Assembly (NCBI GenBank): GCA_963845515.1
Contig: CAWJSR010000003.1
Span: 96,001 to 160,000 of the forward strand
Reading direction: 5' to 3'
Origin: an uncultured delta proteobacterium
Lineage (GTDB): Bacteria > Myxococcota > Myxococcia > Myxococcales > Anaeromyxobacteraceae
Length of the DNA stretch: 64,000 nt
The first letter of the stretch is position 1, and each line of letters starts with the position of its first letter. A program made the translations under genes and the position numbers. Under the pieces are notes generated by a model. It worked only from the letters and a program-made list of their open reading frames with translations, did no database searches and had not been told where the DNA came from. Below are positions 1-8,828 of the stretch, piece by piece.

Positions 1-1647
1 GGCTCCTCCGCCCACTCCGACCACGGCCGCAAGGCGGCGCTCCTCCTGGGCGAGGTGGCCGCTGGCCGGAACAAGGAGTATCGGATCTCCGACGAGGCCA
101 AGCTCCGACGGGTGGCCACCAAGCTGGGCATCGAGGAGCAGGGTCGATCGGCCGCCGAGGTGGCCGCCGACGTCTCCCGCGAGGCCGTGGGCTGCTTCGG
201 CAAGCAGGACGACGCGCCGATCCGCTTCCTCCAGAAGTACATGCCGCGCAAGCGGTTCGAGCGGCTCCAGACCATGGAGAAGGCGCTCTCCGACAAGACC
301 AGCTCGGAGATCGGGCTCCTGCCGCGCGGCATCGATCGCGAGGCGGTGGACATCCTCCACCGCACCCACTTCGGCTGCGACGCGGATCCCTTGTCGCTGG
401 TGGCGCAGTCGGTTCGCTGCGCCCTCTCCGACGGATGGGGCGGCTCACTCATCGCGACCGAGATCCAGGACGTGCTCCTCGGCACCCCCCAGGTGCGCAA
501 GGTGTCGGCCAACCTTGGCGTGCTCGAGCCCGAGAGCGTCAACGTGGTGGTCCACGGTCACGAGCCCATCCTCTCCGCCAAGATCGTGGAGGTCGCGCAG
601 GACCCCGCCCTGGCGGAGGCGGCGCGGGCAGTGGGTGCAAGGCGCATCAACGTGGTCGGCGTGTGCTGCACCGGCAACGAGGTGCTCCTGCGCCAGGGCG
701 TTGGAATGGCCGGCAACGAGGGTGACACCGAGCTGGTCGTGATGACCGGCGTGGTGGACGCGATGGTGGTGGACGTCCAGTGCATCTACCCCGCCCTGGC
801 GGACCTTGCGGCCTGCTTCCACACGCAGCTCATCACCACCAGCGACCAGGCGAAGATCCCCGGCGCCCGCCACGTCCAGTTCCACGAGGACACCGCCAGC
901 GAGAACGCACGTCGAATCATCCAGTTGGCCATCGAGGCATACCCGACGAGGAACAAGGCCAGGATCCACGTTCCGACGACGCGGTCGACCGGCTACGTGG
1001 GCTTCACCGTCGAGGAGATCCTCAGGGTGCTCGGCGGCACGCCGGCGCCGCTCGTCGAGCAGATCGTGAAGGGGAACATCAAGGGGGTCGCCGGGCTCGT
1101 CGGCTGCAACAACGCCAAGGTGCCGCAGGACTCCTTCCACCGCGCCCTCACCGCCGAGCTCATCCGCCGGGACATCCTGGTCATCGGGACCGGCTGCTGG
1201 GGGATCGCCGCGTGCAAGGCAGGCTTCATGGACCTCTCGGCCCGTGAGCAGGCGGGGCCGGGGCTCGCCGCGGTCTGCGAGGCGCTCGAGATCCCGCCGG
1301 TCCTGCACATGGGCTCATGCGTGGACTGCTCTCGCATGCTGGTCCTCGCGGGCGCCATCGCCGACCACCTGTCAGTGGACATCTCGGACCTGCCCCTGGT
1401 CGGCTCGGCGCCGGAGTGGACGACCGAGAAGGCCGTCGCCATCGGCACCTACTTCGTCGGCTCCGGGATCCCGGTGCACCTCTGGCCCGTCCCGCCGATC
1501 CTCGGCGGCCCCGTGGTGACCCGCCTGCTCACGCAGGACGCAAGGGACGTGTTCGGCGGCTACTTCTTCGTGGAGGAGGACCCCATCGCCACGGCGAACA
1601 AGATGGAGTCGATCATCATGGAGCGGCGCAAGGGGCTCGGCATCTAG
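1..1647 (+). CDS. cooS: Anaerobic Ni-containing carbon monoxide dehydrogenase catalytic subunit (5'-partial)
   Basis: Frame open from base 1 (GSSAHSDHGR). C-cluster ligand motifs VHGHEP, GVCCTGNE, VDVQC, GCNN, TGC, HMGSCVD and the EKA motif are all present. Confidence 0.96.
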   Translation, partial: GSSAHSDHGRKAALLLGEVAAGRNKEYRISDEAKLRRVATKLGIEEQGRSAAEVAADVSREAVGCFGKQDDAPIRFLQKYMPRKRFERLQTMEKALSDKTSSEIGLLPRGIDREAVDILHRTHFGCDADPLSLVAQSVRCALSDGWGGSLIATEIQDVLLGTPQVRKVSANLGVLEPESVNVVVHGHEPILSAKIVEVAQDPALAEAARAVGARRINVVGVCCTGNEVLLRQGVGMAGNEGDTELVVMTGVVDAMVVDVQCIYPALADLAACFHTQLITTSDQAKIPGARHVQFHEDTASENARRIIQLAIEAYPTRNKARIHVPTTRSTGYVGFTVEEILRVLGGTPAPLVEQIVKGNIKGVAGLVGCNNAKVPQDSFHRALTAELIRRDILVIGTGCWGIAACKAGFMDLSAREQAGPGLAAVCEALEIPPVLHMGSCVDCSRMLVLAGAIADHLSVDISDLPLVGSAPEWTTEKAVAIGTYFVGSGIPVHLWPVPPILGGPVVTRLLTQDARDVFGGYFFVEEDPIATANKMESIIMERRKGLGI

Positions 1648-1673
1648 CCGACCCGGGTCGAGCGGAGGTCATC

Positions 1674-2648
1674 GTGTGCGTCGTCAAGGGTTCAAGGATG
1701 GTCGTCACCGGGAAGGGCGGCGTCGGGAAGACGACGCTGGTCTCCTGCCTCGCCGCGGTGATGGCGCGCGGAGGGAGCCGGGTCCTCGCGGTGGACGCCG
1801 ACCCGCAGATGAACCTGGCCCGAGCGCTCGGGCTCGACCGGGAGGCCGCGGCCCGCATCGTCCCGCTCGGCGACAACGCCGACTACGTCGAGGAGAAGAC
1901 GGGGGTTCGCCCCGGGCCCGGGAGCATGGGCTCGCTCTTCAAGCTCAACCCTGACGTCGACGACGTCGTCGAGCGCTTCGGCGTCAAAGTGAAGCCGGGG
2001 CTCGGGCTGCTGGTGATGGGCACCGTGCGGCGCGCGGGTGGGGGGTGCCTGTGCGCCGAGAACGTCCTGCTCGAGAGCGTCATCGGCAGGCTTGGCCTGC
2101 AGGTCGACGACCTGGTCCTGCTGGACACCCAGGCCGGGATGGAGCACTTCGGTCGCGGGCTCGCGCGCGGCTTCGACCGCTGCCTCGTCGTCACCGATCC
2201 GACGCTCAACAGCTTCACCGTGGCGTGCCGCTCGGCGGTGCTGGCGAGGCAGAGCGGCATCCTGGACGTGACGCTCCTGGTCAACCGGTCGGGGCCGAAC
2301 CTGGAGCAGAAGCTCGCCAGGCTCTTCGCCGAAGCCGGTGAGCCCGTGGAGCAGCTCTTCGAGGCCGTCGTCCTGCTGCCGGAGGAGCCCCGCCTGGCGG
2401 AGCTCGATCCCGACGTGACGGCGATCCTGGACGAGGCGAGCCCATACGCCGCCGCCATCCATGCGCTCGCCGAGCGGCTCCGCCCGCGCGACTGCGGCTG
2501 CACGGCGAGGCGCGCAGCGGCGGCAGCGGTCGCTGCGGAGGGGGGACACGGCCACGTTCACACCCACGGTGGTCACCCCCACAGTCACGCCCACGGTCAC
2601 GATCACGGCCACGATCACCAGAGCGGGCCGGAGAGAGGGAGAACATGA
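1674..2648 (+). CDS. cooC: CODH nickel-insertion ATPase with C-terminal His-rich tail
   Basis: GTG at 1674 after GGAGG; deviant Walker A GKGGVGKT, VDADP, GGGCLC metal-binding motif, DTQAGMEHFGRG; tail HGHVHTHGGHPHSHAHGHDHGHDH. Confidence 0.92.
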   Translation: MCVVKGSRMVVTGKGGVGKTTLVSCLAAVMARGGSRVLAVDADPQMNLARALGLDREAAARIVPLGDNADYVEEKTGVRPGPGSMGSLFKLNPDVDDVVERFGVKVKPGLGLLVMGTVRRAGGGCLCAENVLLESVIGRLGLQVDDLVLLDTQAGMEHFGRGLARGFDRCLVVTDPTLNSFTVACRSAVLARQSGILDVTLLVNRSGPNLEQKLARLFAEAGEPVEQLFEAVVLLPEEPRLAELDPDVTAILDEASPYAAAIHALAERLRPRDCGCTARRAAAAAVAAEGGHGHVHTHGGHPHSHAHGHDHGHDHQSGPERGRT

Positions 2649-3241
2649 AGAAGGTTCTCGTCGACCACCGGAAGTGTCTCGCCTGCAAGGCCTGCGAGTC
2701 GGCCTGCGCGGTTGCGCACCACCCGACCCGCAGCCTCCTGGGCGCGCTGGGCGATCGCAAGACGCAGGTCAACGTCCGGGTGATCGCTGTCGATCATGAA
2801 TCCTTCCCGCTCTCCTGCCGACACTGCGACCCGGCCGACTGCCTCAACGCCTGCCCATCGGGAGCGATCCGGCGGGACGCCGACACCGGCGCCGTGCTGC
2901 TGGACGCCGCGATGTGCAAGGCGTGCGGGATGTGCGCGATGGTCTGCCCCTTCGATGCCATCTCGTTCCAGGTCACGCACGCCTCGCCCTACGGCCGCGA
3001 CGTGGCCTACAAGTGCGACCTCTGCGTGGAGCGGCTGAGGGAGGGCGGCTCCCCCGCGTGCGTGGAGGCCTGCCACTCGCAGGCGCTCGTCTTCTCCGAG
3101 GTCGAGGCCTTCCGGGGCCAGCGAGGGCGCCAGGCGCTGCGCCACTACCTCCGGGGCGAGGAGGCCATGCCCGCAACCATCGAGGCCTTCCGCGAGCTCC
3201 GCAAGCAGGAGTGCGCCAGGCGACAGAAGGGCAGTCCGTGA
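2645..3241 (+). CDS. cooF: CooF-like multi-[4Fe-4S] electron transfer protein
   Basis: Cys motifs CLACKACESAC, CRHCDPADCLNACP, CKACGMCAMVCP, KCDLC...PACVEAC; ATGA overlap with cooC. Confidence 0.88.
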   Translation: MKKVLVDHRKCLACKACESACAVAHHPTRSLLGALGDRKTQVNVRVIAVDHESFPLSCRHCDPADCLNACPSGAIRRDADTGAVLLDAAMCKACGMCAMVCPFDAISFQVTHASPYGRDVAYKCDLCVERLREGGSPACVEACHSQALVFSEVEAFRGQRGRQALRHYLRGEEAMPATIEAFRELRKQECARRQKGSP

Positions 3242-4461
3242 AGGTCGTGACGGTCGGCACCGGGATGGCCGCCGCCGAGTTCGTGCAGCGGCTCCGGCTG
3301 GAGGGCTTCACGGGCGACGTGAGCATGATGGGCGACGAGCCCTTCGCGCCATACTCCCCGTGCGTGATCCCGTTCTTCCTCGCGGGCGACCCCATCGAGA
3401 CCGTCTACTGGAAGGGGGCTGACTTCTACGCCAGCCACGCGGTCACGCCGCTCCTCGGCGATCCCGTCGTCGAGGTGGACACGGAGCGGAGGGTGGTCCG
3501 GACCGCCGCGGGGCGCGCCGAGGGGTACGACCGGCTCTTCTTCGCGACTGGCGGGCGGAGCTGGTACCCGCGCCCGGACTGGCTCGAGACGCGGGGGGTC
3601 TTCGGCTTCAAGACGCTGACGGACATGCTGGCCATCGACCGCTACATCCGGGAGACGGGCGCGCAGCGAGCGGTGGTGTTCGGCGGAGGGTTCATCGGAG
3701 TGGACGCGGCGCTGGCCCTCTGGCACCGGGGGCTGAAGGTCTCGCTGGTCCACCGGAACAACAGGCTGCTCTCCCAGATGACCGACGAGGAGGGCGGGCA
3801 GTTCGCGACCGGGCGGCTCGCGGCGCGGACCGGGATCGACGTCCGGCTGCGCACGACCGTGGAGGAGCTGCGGGCCGCGAACGGGCAGCTCACCGGGGCG
3901 CGGCTCGCGACTGGCGAGTGGCTGGACACGACGCTCCTGGTCGTGTCGATCGGCGTGACGCCCAACTCGCAGCCGCTGGCGCGCGGGGACAAGGGCGTGG
4001 CCGCCGACGACCGGATGATGGCGGCGACCGACGTCTACGTGGCCGGCGACGTCGCGTCGACCCACCACGCCGTGACCGGGGCGAGCGGCATCTTCGCCAC
4101 CTATCCGAACGCCATGATGCAGGCGCGCGTAGCGGCGCGCCACCTGGTGCACGGCGTCGGCTCCTACGGCGGCTCGGTCAACACCAACGTGTTGAAGAAG
4201 CACATCGACTTCCCCATCGTCTCGGCGGGCACCTTCGCCGGGGAGCCGGTCACCTGGCAGCGGGGCGACATCTGGCGTCGCGTCTACCTCCTGGACGGCC
4301 GGATCAACGGCTACCTGGTGGTGGGCGACACCCGCATGTCCGGGTACCTCTACCACCTCTATCTCTCGAGGCGCCGGGTCGACCGCTTCATCCGCGAGGT
4401 GCTCTCGCAGCCCGGCCACGACGGGTACTATCGGATGGCGCTGGGGCTCCAGCCAGCCTGA
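3238..4461 (+). CDS. FAD-dependent NAD(P) oxidoreductase (pyridine nucleotide-disulphide oxidoreductase family)
   Basis: GTGA overlap with cooF; VGTGMAA FAD site, PYSPC, ATG, FGGGFIG NAD site, VYVAGD. Confidence 0.9.
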   Translation: MKVVTVGTGMAAAEFVQRLRLEGFTGDVSMMGDEPFAPYSPCVIPFFLAGDPIETVYWKGADFYASHAVTPLLGDPVVEVDTERRVVRTAAGRAEGYDRLFFATGGRSWYPRPDWLETRGVFGFKTLTDMLAIDRYIRETGAQRAVVFGGGFIGVDAALALWHRGLKVSLVHRNNRLLSQMTDEEGGQFATGRLAARTGIDVRLRTTVEELRAANGQLTGARLATGEWLDTTLLVVSIGVTPNSQPLARGDKGVAADDRMMAATDVYVAGDVASTHHAVTGASGIFATYPNAMMQARVAARHLVHGVGSYGGSVNTNVLKKHIDFPIVSAGTFAGEPVTWQRGDIWRRVYLLDGRINGYLVVGDTRMSGYLYHLYLSRRRVDRFIREVLSQPGHDGYYRMALGLQPA

Positions 4462-4535
4462 TCGCCTCACCCCGTTGAAGCCTGGCGCGGGAGATCAGGG
4501 TAAGAAGAGGGCGTCACCTTCCACGGGAGCCCCAC

Positions 4536-4781
4536 ATGCCGACCGAAGACGAGCTGAAGGCCGAGCTGGCGAAGCTGAAGGCGGAGAACGAGGCACTGAA
4601 GGCGCGCCCCGCGCGGGCCATCTCGATGAAGGTGAGCGAGAAGGGCGGCCTCTCGGTATACGGCCTCGGCCGCTTCCCGGTGACGCTCTACCAGGAGCAG
4701 TGGACGAAGCTCCTCGACATGGGCGAGGAGATCCGCACCTTCATCAAGGAGAACCAGGGGACGTTGAAGAAGAAGGAGTAG
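4536..4781 (+). CDS. Small hypothetical protein with N-terminal coiled coil
   Basis: 81 aa, GGGAG RBS, host-like codon usage; ELAKLKAENEALK then KVSEKGGLSVYGLGRFPVTLY. Confidence 0.8.
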   Translation: MPTEDELKAELAKLKAENEALKARPARAISMKVSEKGGLSVYGLGRFPVTLYQEQWTKLLDMGEEIRTFIKENQGTLKKKE

Positions 4782-4787
4782 GGGCTC

Positions 4788-5192
4788 GTGAAGACCTCGT
4801 CCGAGTTCGCGGACTTCGGCCTCGACCTCTTCGCGGGCCTCGGCGGAGCGGAGGTGCGCTCGATGTTCGGGGGCCACGCCTTCTTCGTCGGTCCGGCGAT
4901 GTTCGCCATCGGCGACGCCGACGAGTGGAAGCTCTGGCTCAAGGTGGACGACGCGACCCGCGAGCGCTTCGAGGCGGCCGGCGGCGTCGCGTTCACCTAC
5001 GAGAGCAAGGGCGGACGGAGCACGACGATGTCCTTCGTCACGCCCCCCGACGACGCGATGGAGGAGGCCGAGGCGATGCTCCCCTGGGCGCGCCTCGCGC
5101 TGGAGGCGGCCGAGCGGGCGGTGGCGAAGCGGCGGCCGAAGCCGAAGCCGAAGCCGCGAGCCGCTCCGCGGCGTCGCGCCACGCGCCGCTGA
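4788..5192 (+). CDS. TfoX/Sxy N-terminal domain protein
   Basis: RSMFGGHAFF...MFAI, LWLKVD, F-x-Y and W-A-R-L-A-L-E-A pattern typical of TfoX_N; basic tail. Confidence 0.85.
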   Translation: MKTSSEFADFGLDLFAGLGGAEVRSMFGGHAFFVGPAMFAIGDADEWKLWLKVDDATRERFEAAGGVAFTYESKGGRSTTMSFVTPPDDAMEEAEAMLPWARLALEAAERAVAKRRPKPKPKPRAAPRRRATRR

Positions 5193-6285
5193 GCCGGGAC
5201 GAGAGGGCAAGCCCCTCCTCGAAGGACGGCCCGTCGGGCACCACCTTCGAGGCGCGGTCGAGCAGGAGCGCCTCGAGCGCCAGCTCCTCGAAGAGTGCCC
5301 TCGCGGCGCCGTCGTCCAGCCCCAACGCGGCCAGGGCGGCGGAGCGCCCGCCCCTCCCGGTCGTGGTGAGCCACGCCCGCTCCGCGTCCGCCACCTGCTC
5401 CGGGCTCGCGCGAAGCCCCAGCGACCGCGCGAAGCCGGCGAGCAGGGCGTGGCGCAGCCCGTCAGCGGCCAGCTGGCCGGCGTCCGGGAGCCGATGGAGC
5501 GCTGCGAGGACGTCGGCGCCACGAACCGCGCCGCCTGGCGTGATCGACGTGGCCTCGGCGAGCCGGCGCCTCCGCGCGTGAGACGGGAGCGGCGGCAGGC
5601 GCGTCGCCAGCGGTGGCGCCCCAGCGCGACGCGCAGCGACCCACTCGCTCGCGGCCAGGATGGTCGCGCGGGCGTCCTGCGCCTTCAGGCTCGGCGCGCT
5701 CTTGAAGAACGGAAGGAGCAGGAGCCGATCCCGGCCCGGGATCCGCGCGGTCTCGAAGATCCGGTCCCAGGTCCTGTCGCCGAAGTGGAGCGCCTGCGCC
5801 GCGGTGAGGATCGCCCGGGCCGCGGGCGGGTGGAGCAGGTCGCGCCTGGCGGCCTGCACGATGGCCCAGCGGACGTCCACGAGCGGCACCGAGAAGGGGC
5901 GCGAGCCGTGCTCGGCCGGCGCGTGGTAGAGCGCCACCTCGTCGTCGTCGACCAGCGCGCCGTCGCGGTACCAGCCGAAGACCGTTCCGATGCCGACGAC
6001 CCCGAGCGGCCAGAGCTCCGCCGCCCGGAGCGCACCCATGCTGCCGCCGCCGTAGACGGCCACTCCCGCGTCGAGCGCCGCGAGCAGCTCGTGGTGCCAG
6101 ACCGAGGGCGCCCCCTCGAAGACGCCGTCGACGAGCGCGATGGCGAGCGGCCGCCGCGGGAGGACGGCGAAGACGTCGCCGGCCTTCGCGGGCGGCAGGA
6201 CAGTGCAGCGGGCGAGCGCGCGCGCCTCGTCCGCGGGCAGCGAGGGGCCGAGGAAGACGACGAGGTCACCCGGGTTCTCCCTCAC
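5038..6285 (-). CDS. TfuA-like protein with C-terminal helical extension
   Basis: VVFLGPSL...LPPAKAGD, IALVDGVFEGAPSVWHHE, GGGSMGALRAAEL, DDDEVA, SVPLVDVR, LKAQDA are TfuA hallmarks. GTG start at 6285 is inferred. Confidence 0.9.
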   Translation of the reverse strand: MRENPGDLVVFLGPSLPADEARALARCTVLPPAKAGDVFAVLPRRPLAIALVDGVFEGAPSVWHHELLAALDAGVAVYGGGSMGALRAAELWPLGVVGIGTVFGWYRDGALVDDDEVALYHAPAEHGSRPFSVPLVDVRWAIVQAARRDLLHPPAARAILTAAQALHFGDRTWDRIFETARIPGRDRLLLLPFFKSAPSLKAQDARATILAASEWVAARRAGAPPLATRLPPLPSHARRRRLAEATSITPGGAVRGADVLAALHRLPDAGQLAADGLRHALLAGFARSLGLRASPEQVADAERAWLTTTGRGGRSAALAALGLDDGAARALFEELALEALLLDRASKVVPDGPSFEEGLALSSRLSGAWRDAAERLAASASASAAASPPPARPPPARGAPRGASPRPPPSRRRGA

Positions 6286-6298
6286 CCTTGAATGAATC

Positions 6299-6342
6299 GC
6301 ACCTCTCCCCCGCGCCGGCGGGGGAGAGGCTGGGTGAGGGGG
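6299..6342. repeat. BoxC-like intergenic palindromic repeat (copy A)
   Basis: GCACCTCTCCCCCGC-GCCG-GCGGGGGAGAGG-CTGGGTGAGGGGG; matches the copies at 17288 and 27738. Confidence 0.85.
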
Positions 6343-6353
6343 AGCCCGTGGAC

Positions 6354-7460
6354 TCACAGCAACTCCGACAGCAGCAGCCCGGGGACGATCACCTTCACGA
6401 CGTGGACGCCCGGGGGAGAGGGGAGATTCGCAGCGACCGCGCGATCGAAGCCGGCGCGCCGGAGCCTGGAGATGACGAGCTTCACGCCGGCTCGCGACGT
6501 GGCGGCCCTGCGGCTCGGAAGCGCCACCGCGTCGCGCACGGGGCGAGCTCTGGCGCAGGCGGCGGCGATGGGGAGCGCGGCGTCCCGCCCCGAGATCGCG
6601 ACGTCCTCGCGCGCGCCGTGGATCTCCGTCAGGCGCGACTGCGCAGCCTCGAGGAGCGCGGCGGAGAGCGCGTCGTCCCGGTCGAGCCGGCAGGCGTAGC
6701 CCGCGGCGACCGGGACGGGCCCCTCGTCGAGGTCCACCAGCAACGCCGCTGCGACGGGGAGGCCGATCGCGTCCCCCTCGGGGGCGGCGTCGAGGAGGTG
6801 AACGGCGAACCGGCGCGCGGCGAGCGTCTCCGCGAGCGCCGAGGTCCTGGGCGCGGCGCGGGCGAGCGACGCCGGGGCGATGAGCCGCCGGCGGAGCAGG
6901 GCCGGCGTGAAGCCGACCGGGAAGGCGCGGGCTAGCCGGTCCCGCTCCACCGCCTCCAGCAGGGCGTGGAGGAGCGCCGAGTCCCGATCCGGATGCGCCC
7001 CCATCGCGTTGGAGCTCCAGGGGACCACCGCAGGCCCCAGCGACGGCGCGCCCGGCGGCGGACAGAAGACGGCGTGGCCCGGGACCATGATCGGCTCGCC
7101 GGTCATGAGATCCTCGGCCTGGTACCAGCCGATCCTGGCCGCGGCGATGGCCGGATCCATCGCCAGCGCGAGCGCCTCGGGAGCGATGAAGGCGCCGCCG
7201 ACCTCGGCGGCGAGCTCAGCGACCGTGGCGACGATCGGCGGGGGTGGGCGCTCGGCCCCCCAGAGCTCGCACGCCTCGAGGACGGCCCCGGCGGCGGCCC
7301 GCTCGAAGGAGAGCCCCTTCCCGTTGGAGACCTGGAGGACGTGACCGCCCGGCCTGATGGCGCAGGCGACCTCGACGCCGGCGCGGTCCAGCCCGGTGAT
7401 CCGGGCGACGCGCGTGACGCCGATGGCGCGCGCGACGTCGCGCTGGAGCGCGTCGTTCAC
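6354..7460 (-). CDS. YcaO-like protein (TfuA-associated, thioamide-forming type)
   Basis: GVTRVARITGLDRAG, VSNGKG, A-x-L-E-A-C-E, SSNAMGA, HALLEAVERD, AALLEAAQSRLTEIHGARED, VVKVIVPGL. GTG start overlaps the sirtuin TGA. Confidence 0.92.
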   Translation of the reverse strand: MNDALQRDVARAIGVTRVARITGLDRAGVEVACAIRPGGHVLQVSNGKGLSFERAAAGAVLEACELWGAERPPPPIVATVAELAAEVGGAFIAPEALALAMDPAIAAARIGWYQAEDLMTGEPIMVPGHAVFCPPPGAPSLGPAVVPWSSNAMGAHPDRDSALLHALLEAVERDRLARAFPVGFTPALLRRRLIAPASLARAAPRTSALAETLAARRFAVHLLDAAPEGDAIGLPVAAALLVDLDEGPVPVAAGYACRLDRDDALSAALLEAAQSRLTEIHGAREDVAISGRDAALPIAAACARARPVRDAVALPSRRAATSRAGVKLVISRLRRAGFDRAVAANLPSPPGVHVVKVIVPGLLLSELL

Positions 7461-8290
7461 GCCGCGCCGCCGAGCGCCCGGTCGATGGCGCCCAGCCCCT
7501 CCAGCGCACCGGCCGCCATGGAGACGTGCTCGGGGCCGATCTGCGGCTCGCGCGGGTTGATGCGTACGACGAGCCCACCGCGTCCGCCGAGCCGCTCGGA
7601 CGCGAAGCGGATGGTGGGGATCGCGGTGCCGGCCCCCATCTCGATCACGACGGTTCGATCGCCGACGTGCTGCTCCGCGAAGGCGTCCAGGCGCCGCTGC
7701 TGGTCGTACGTCCGGTCGGCGACCCAGCCGAAGTCGCCGAACATGAGGATGTTCGGGCGCGCGACGCCGCCGCAGGCGGGGCAGCGCGGGATGCGGCTCG
7801 CGCGCATCGTGCCGGGGTCCACCGGGACCTCCTCCCGGTTCGGCCAGATGCGATCGCTGCAGCCGGCGATGCACTGGAGGTGGTGGATCGACCCGTGGAC
7901 CTCGAGGATCCGCTCCTCGTCGAAGCCCGCCTTCTGGAACTGGCCGTCGACGTTCGACGTGACGACGAAGGACTGGAGCGAGAAGCGCTCGATCCAGCGC
8001 CGCAGGATCCCGAAGCCGGCGTGCGGGACGGTCGCCCGGTAGAGGTTCAGGCGGTGGCCGTAGAAGCCCCAGCCGAAGGCCGGGTCGTCGCCGAAGTGCG
8101 TCGGGTTGGCCGCGTCCATGAACGACAGCCCCAGCCGCTCGTACATCGGGTAGGCCTTCCAGAACCCCTGGTCGCCGCGGAAATCGGGGAGGCCGGAGTC
8201 GACCCCCATCCCGGCACCGGCGGTGATGACCAGCGATCTGGCCGCCTCGAGCGCCCGCGCGGCGCGGAGCGCGGCCTCCGATGGTGACAT
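7457..8290 (-). CDS. Sir2-family NAD-dependent protein deacylase (sirtuin)
   Basis: AGAGMGVDSGLPDFRG, TSNVDG, EVHGS, Zn cysteines QCIAGC and RCPAC, RPNILMFG, VRINP. Confidence 0.93.
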   Translation of the reverse strand: MSPSEAALRAARALEAARSLVITAGAGMGVDSGLPDFRGDQGFWKAYPMYERLGLSFMDAANPTHFGDDPAFGWGFYGHRLNLYRATVPHAGFGILRRWIERFSLQSFVVTSNVDGQFQKAGFDEERILEVHGSIHHLQCIAGCSDRIWPNREEVPVDPGTMRASRIPRCPACGGVARPNILMFGDFGWVADRTYDQQRRLDAFAEQHVGDRTVVIEMGAGTAIPTIRFASERLGGRGGLVVRINPREPQIGPEHVSMAAGALEGLGAIDRALGGAA

Positions 8291-8418
8291 GCGGCGATGA
8301 GAGCATGCCCCCGGGGTGACGTCGAGCGTGGGCGTTTCGGCGCAGGCACCGTGGAGCGTCTCGGACCCCGATCCGCTTGCATGGAAACCGCCCCGACGCG
8401 GTGTAGACTCCTCAGGCC

Positions 8419-8817
8419 ATGGTGCAGAAGCGCGCAGAACTTCCAGGCCGTGTCCTGGTGATCGACGACGAGCCGGCCGTGCAGGATCTCCTGCAGCGCG
8501 TGCTCGCCAACGCCGGCCATCAGGTGGTGGTCGTCGACTCCGCCGAGGCGGCCCTGATCAGGCTGGCGAAGGACCGCTACGACGTGATCGTGGTCGACAA
8601 CAACCTCCCCAGGATGACCGGCCTGGAGCTCATGTCACTCGTTCGCGAACATCACCCCGAGCTGCGCGCCATAATGATCACCGCCTACAACACCCCTGCC
8701 GTCGAGGCGCGCGCTCGCACGCTCGGCGTGATGTCCTACGTGGCGAAGCCATTCGGGATCGTCACCATCGTCGGCGCAGTGGACGACGCGATCCGCGACA
8801 GCCGCCGGGGACGCTGA
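8419..8817 (+). CDS. Single-domain response regulator (REC)
   Basis: VLVIDDE, VD phospho-site, MTGLE, MITA, KPF. Confidence 0.9.
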   Translation: MVQKRAELPGRVLVIDDEPAVQDLLQRVLANAGHQVVVVDSAEAALIRLAKDRYDVIVVDNNLPRMTGLELMSLVREHHPELRAIMITAYNTPAVEARARTLGVMSYVAKPFGIVTIVGAVDDAIRDSRRGR

Positions 8818-8828
8818 GGGGCCGCCGG

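Noticed and set aside
1..4461. Selenocysteine or stop read-through in the CODH operon
   Set aside because: TGA codons coincide with normal ATGA/GTGA gene overlaps or ends, and all expected Cys ligands are encoded as Cys.
6354..8306. 650-aa ORF suggesting a sirtuin-YcaO fusion
   Set aside because: The sirtuin is in a different frame with its own stop; the upstream part of this ORF is non-protein-like. YcaO starts at 7460.
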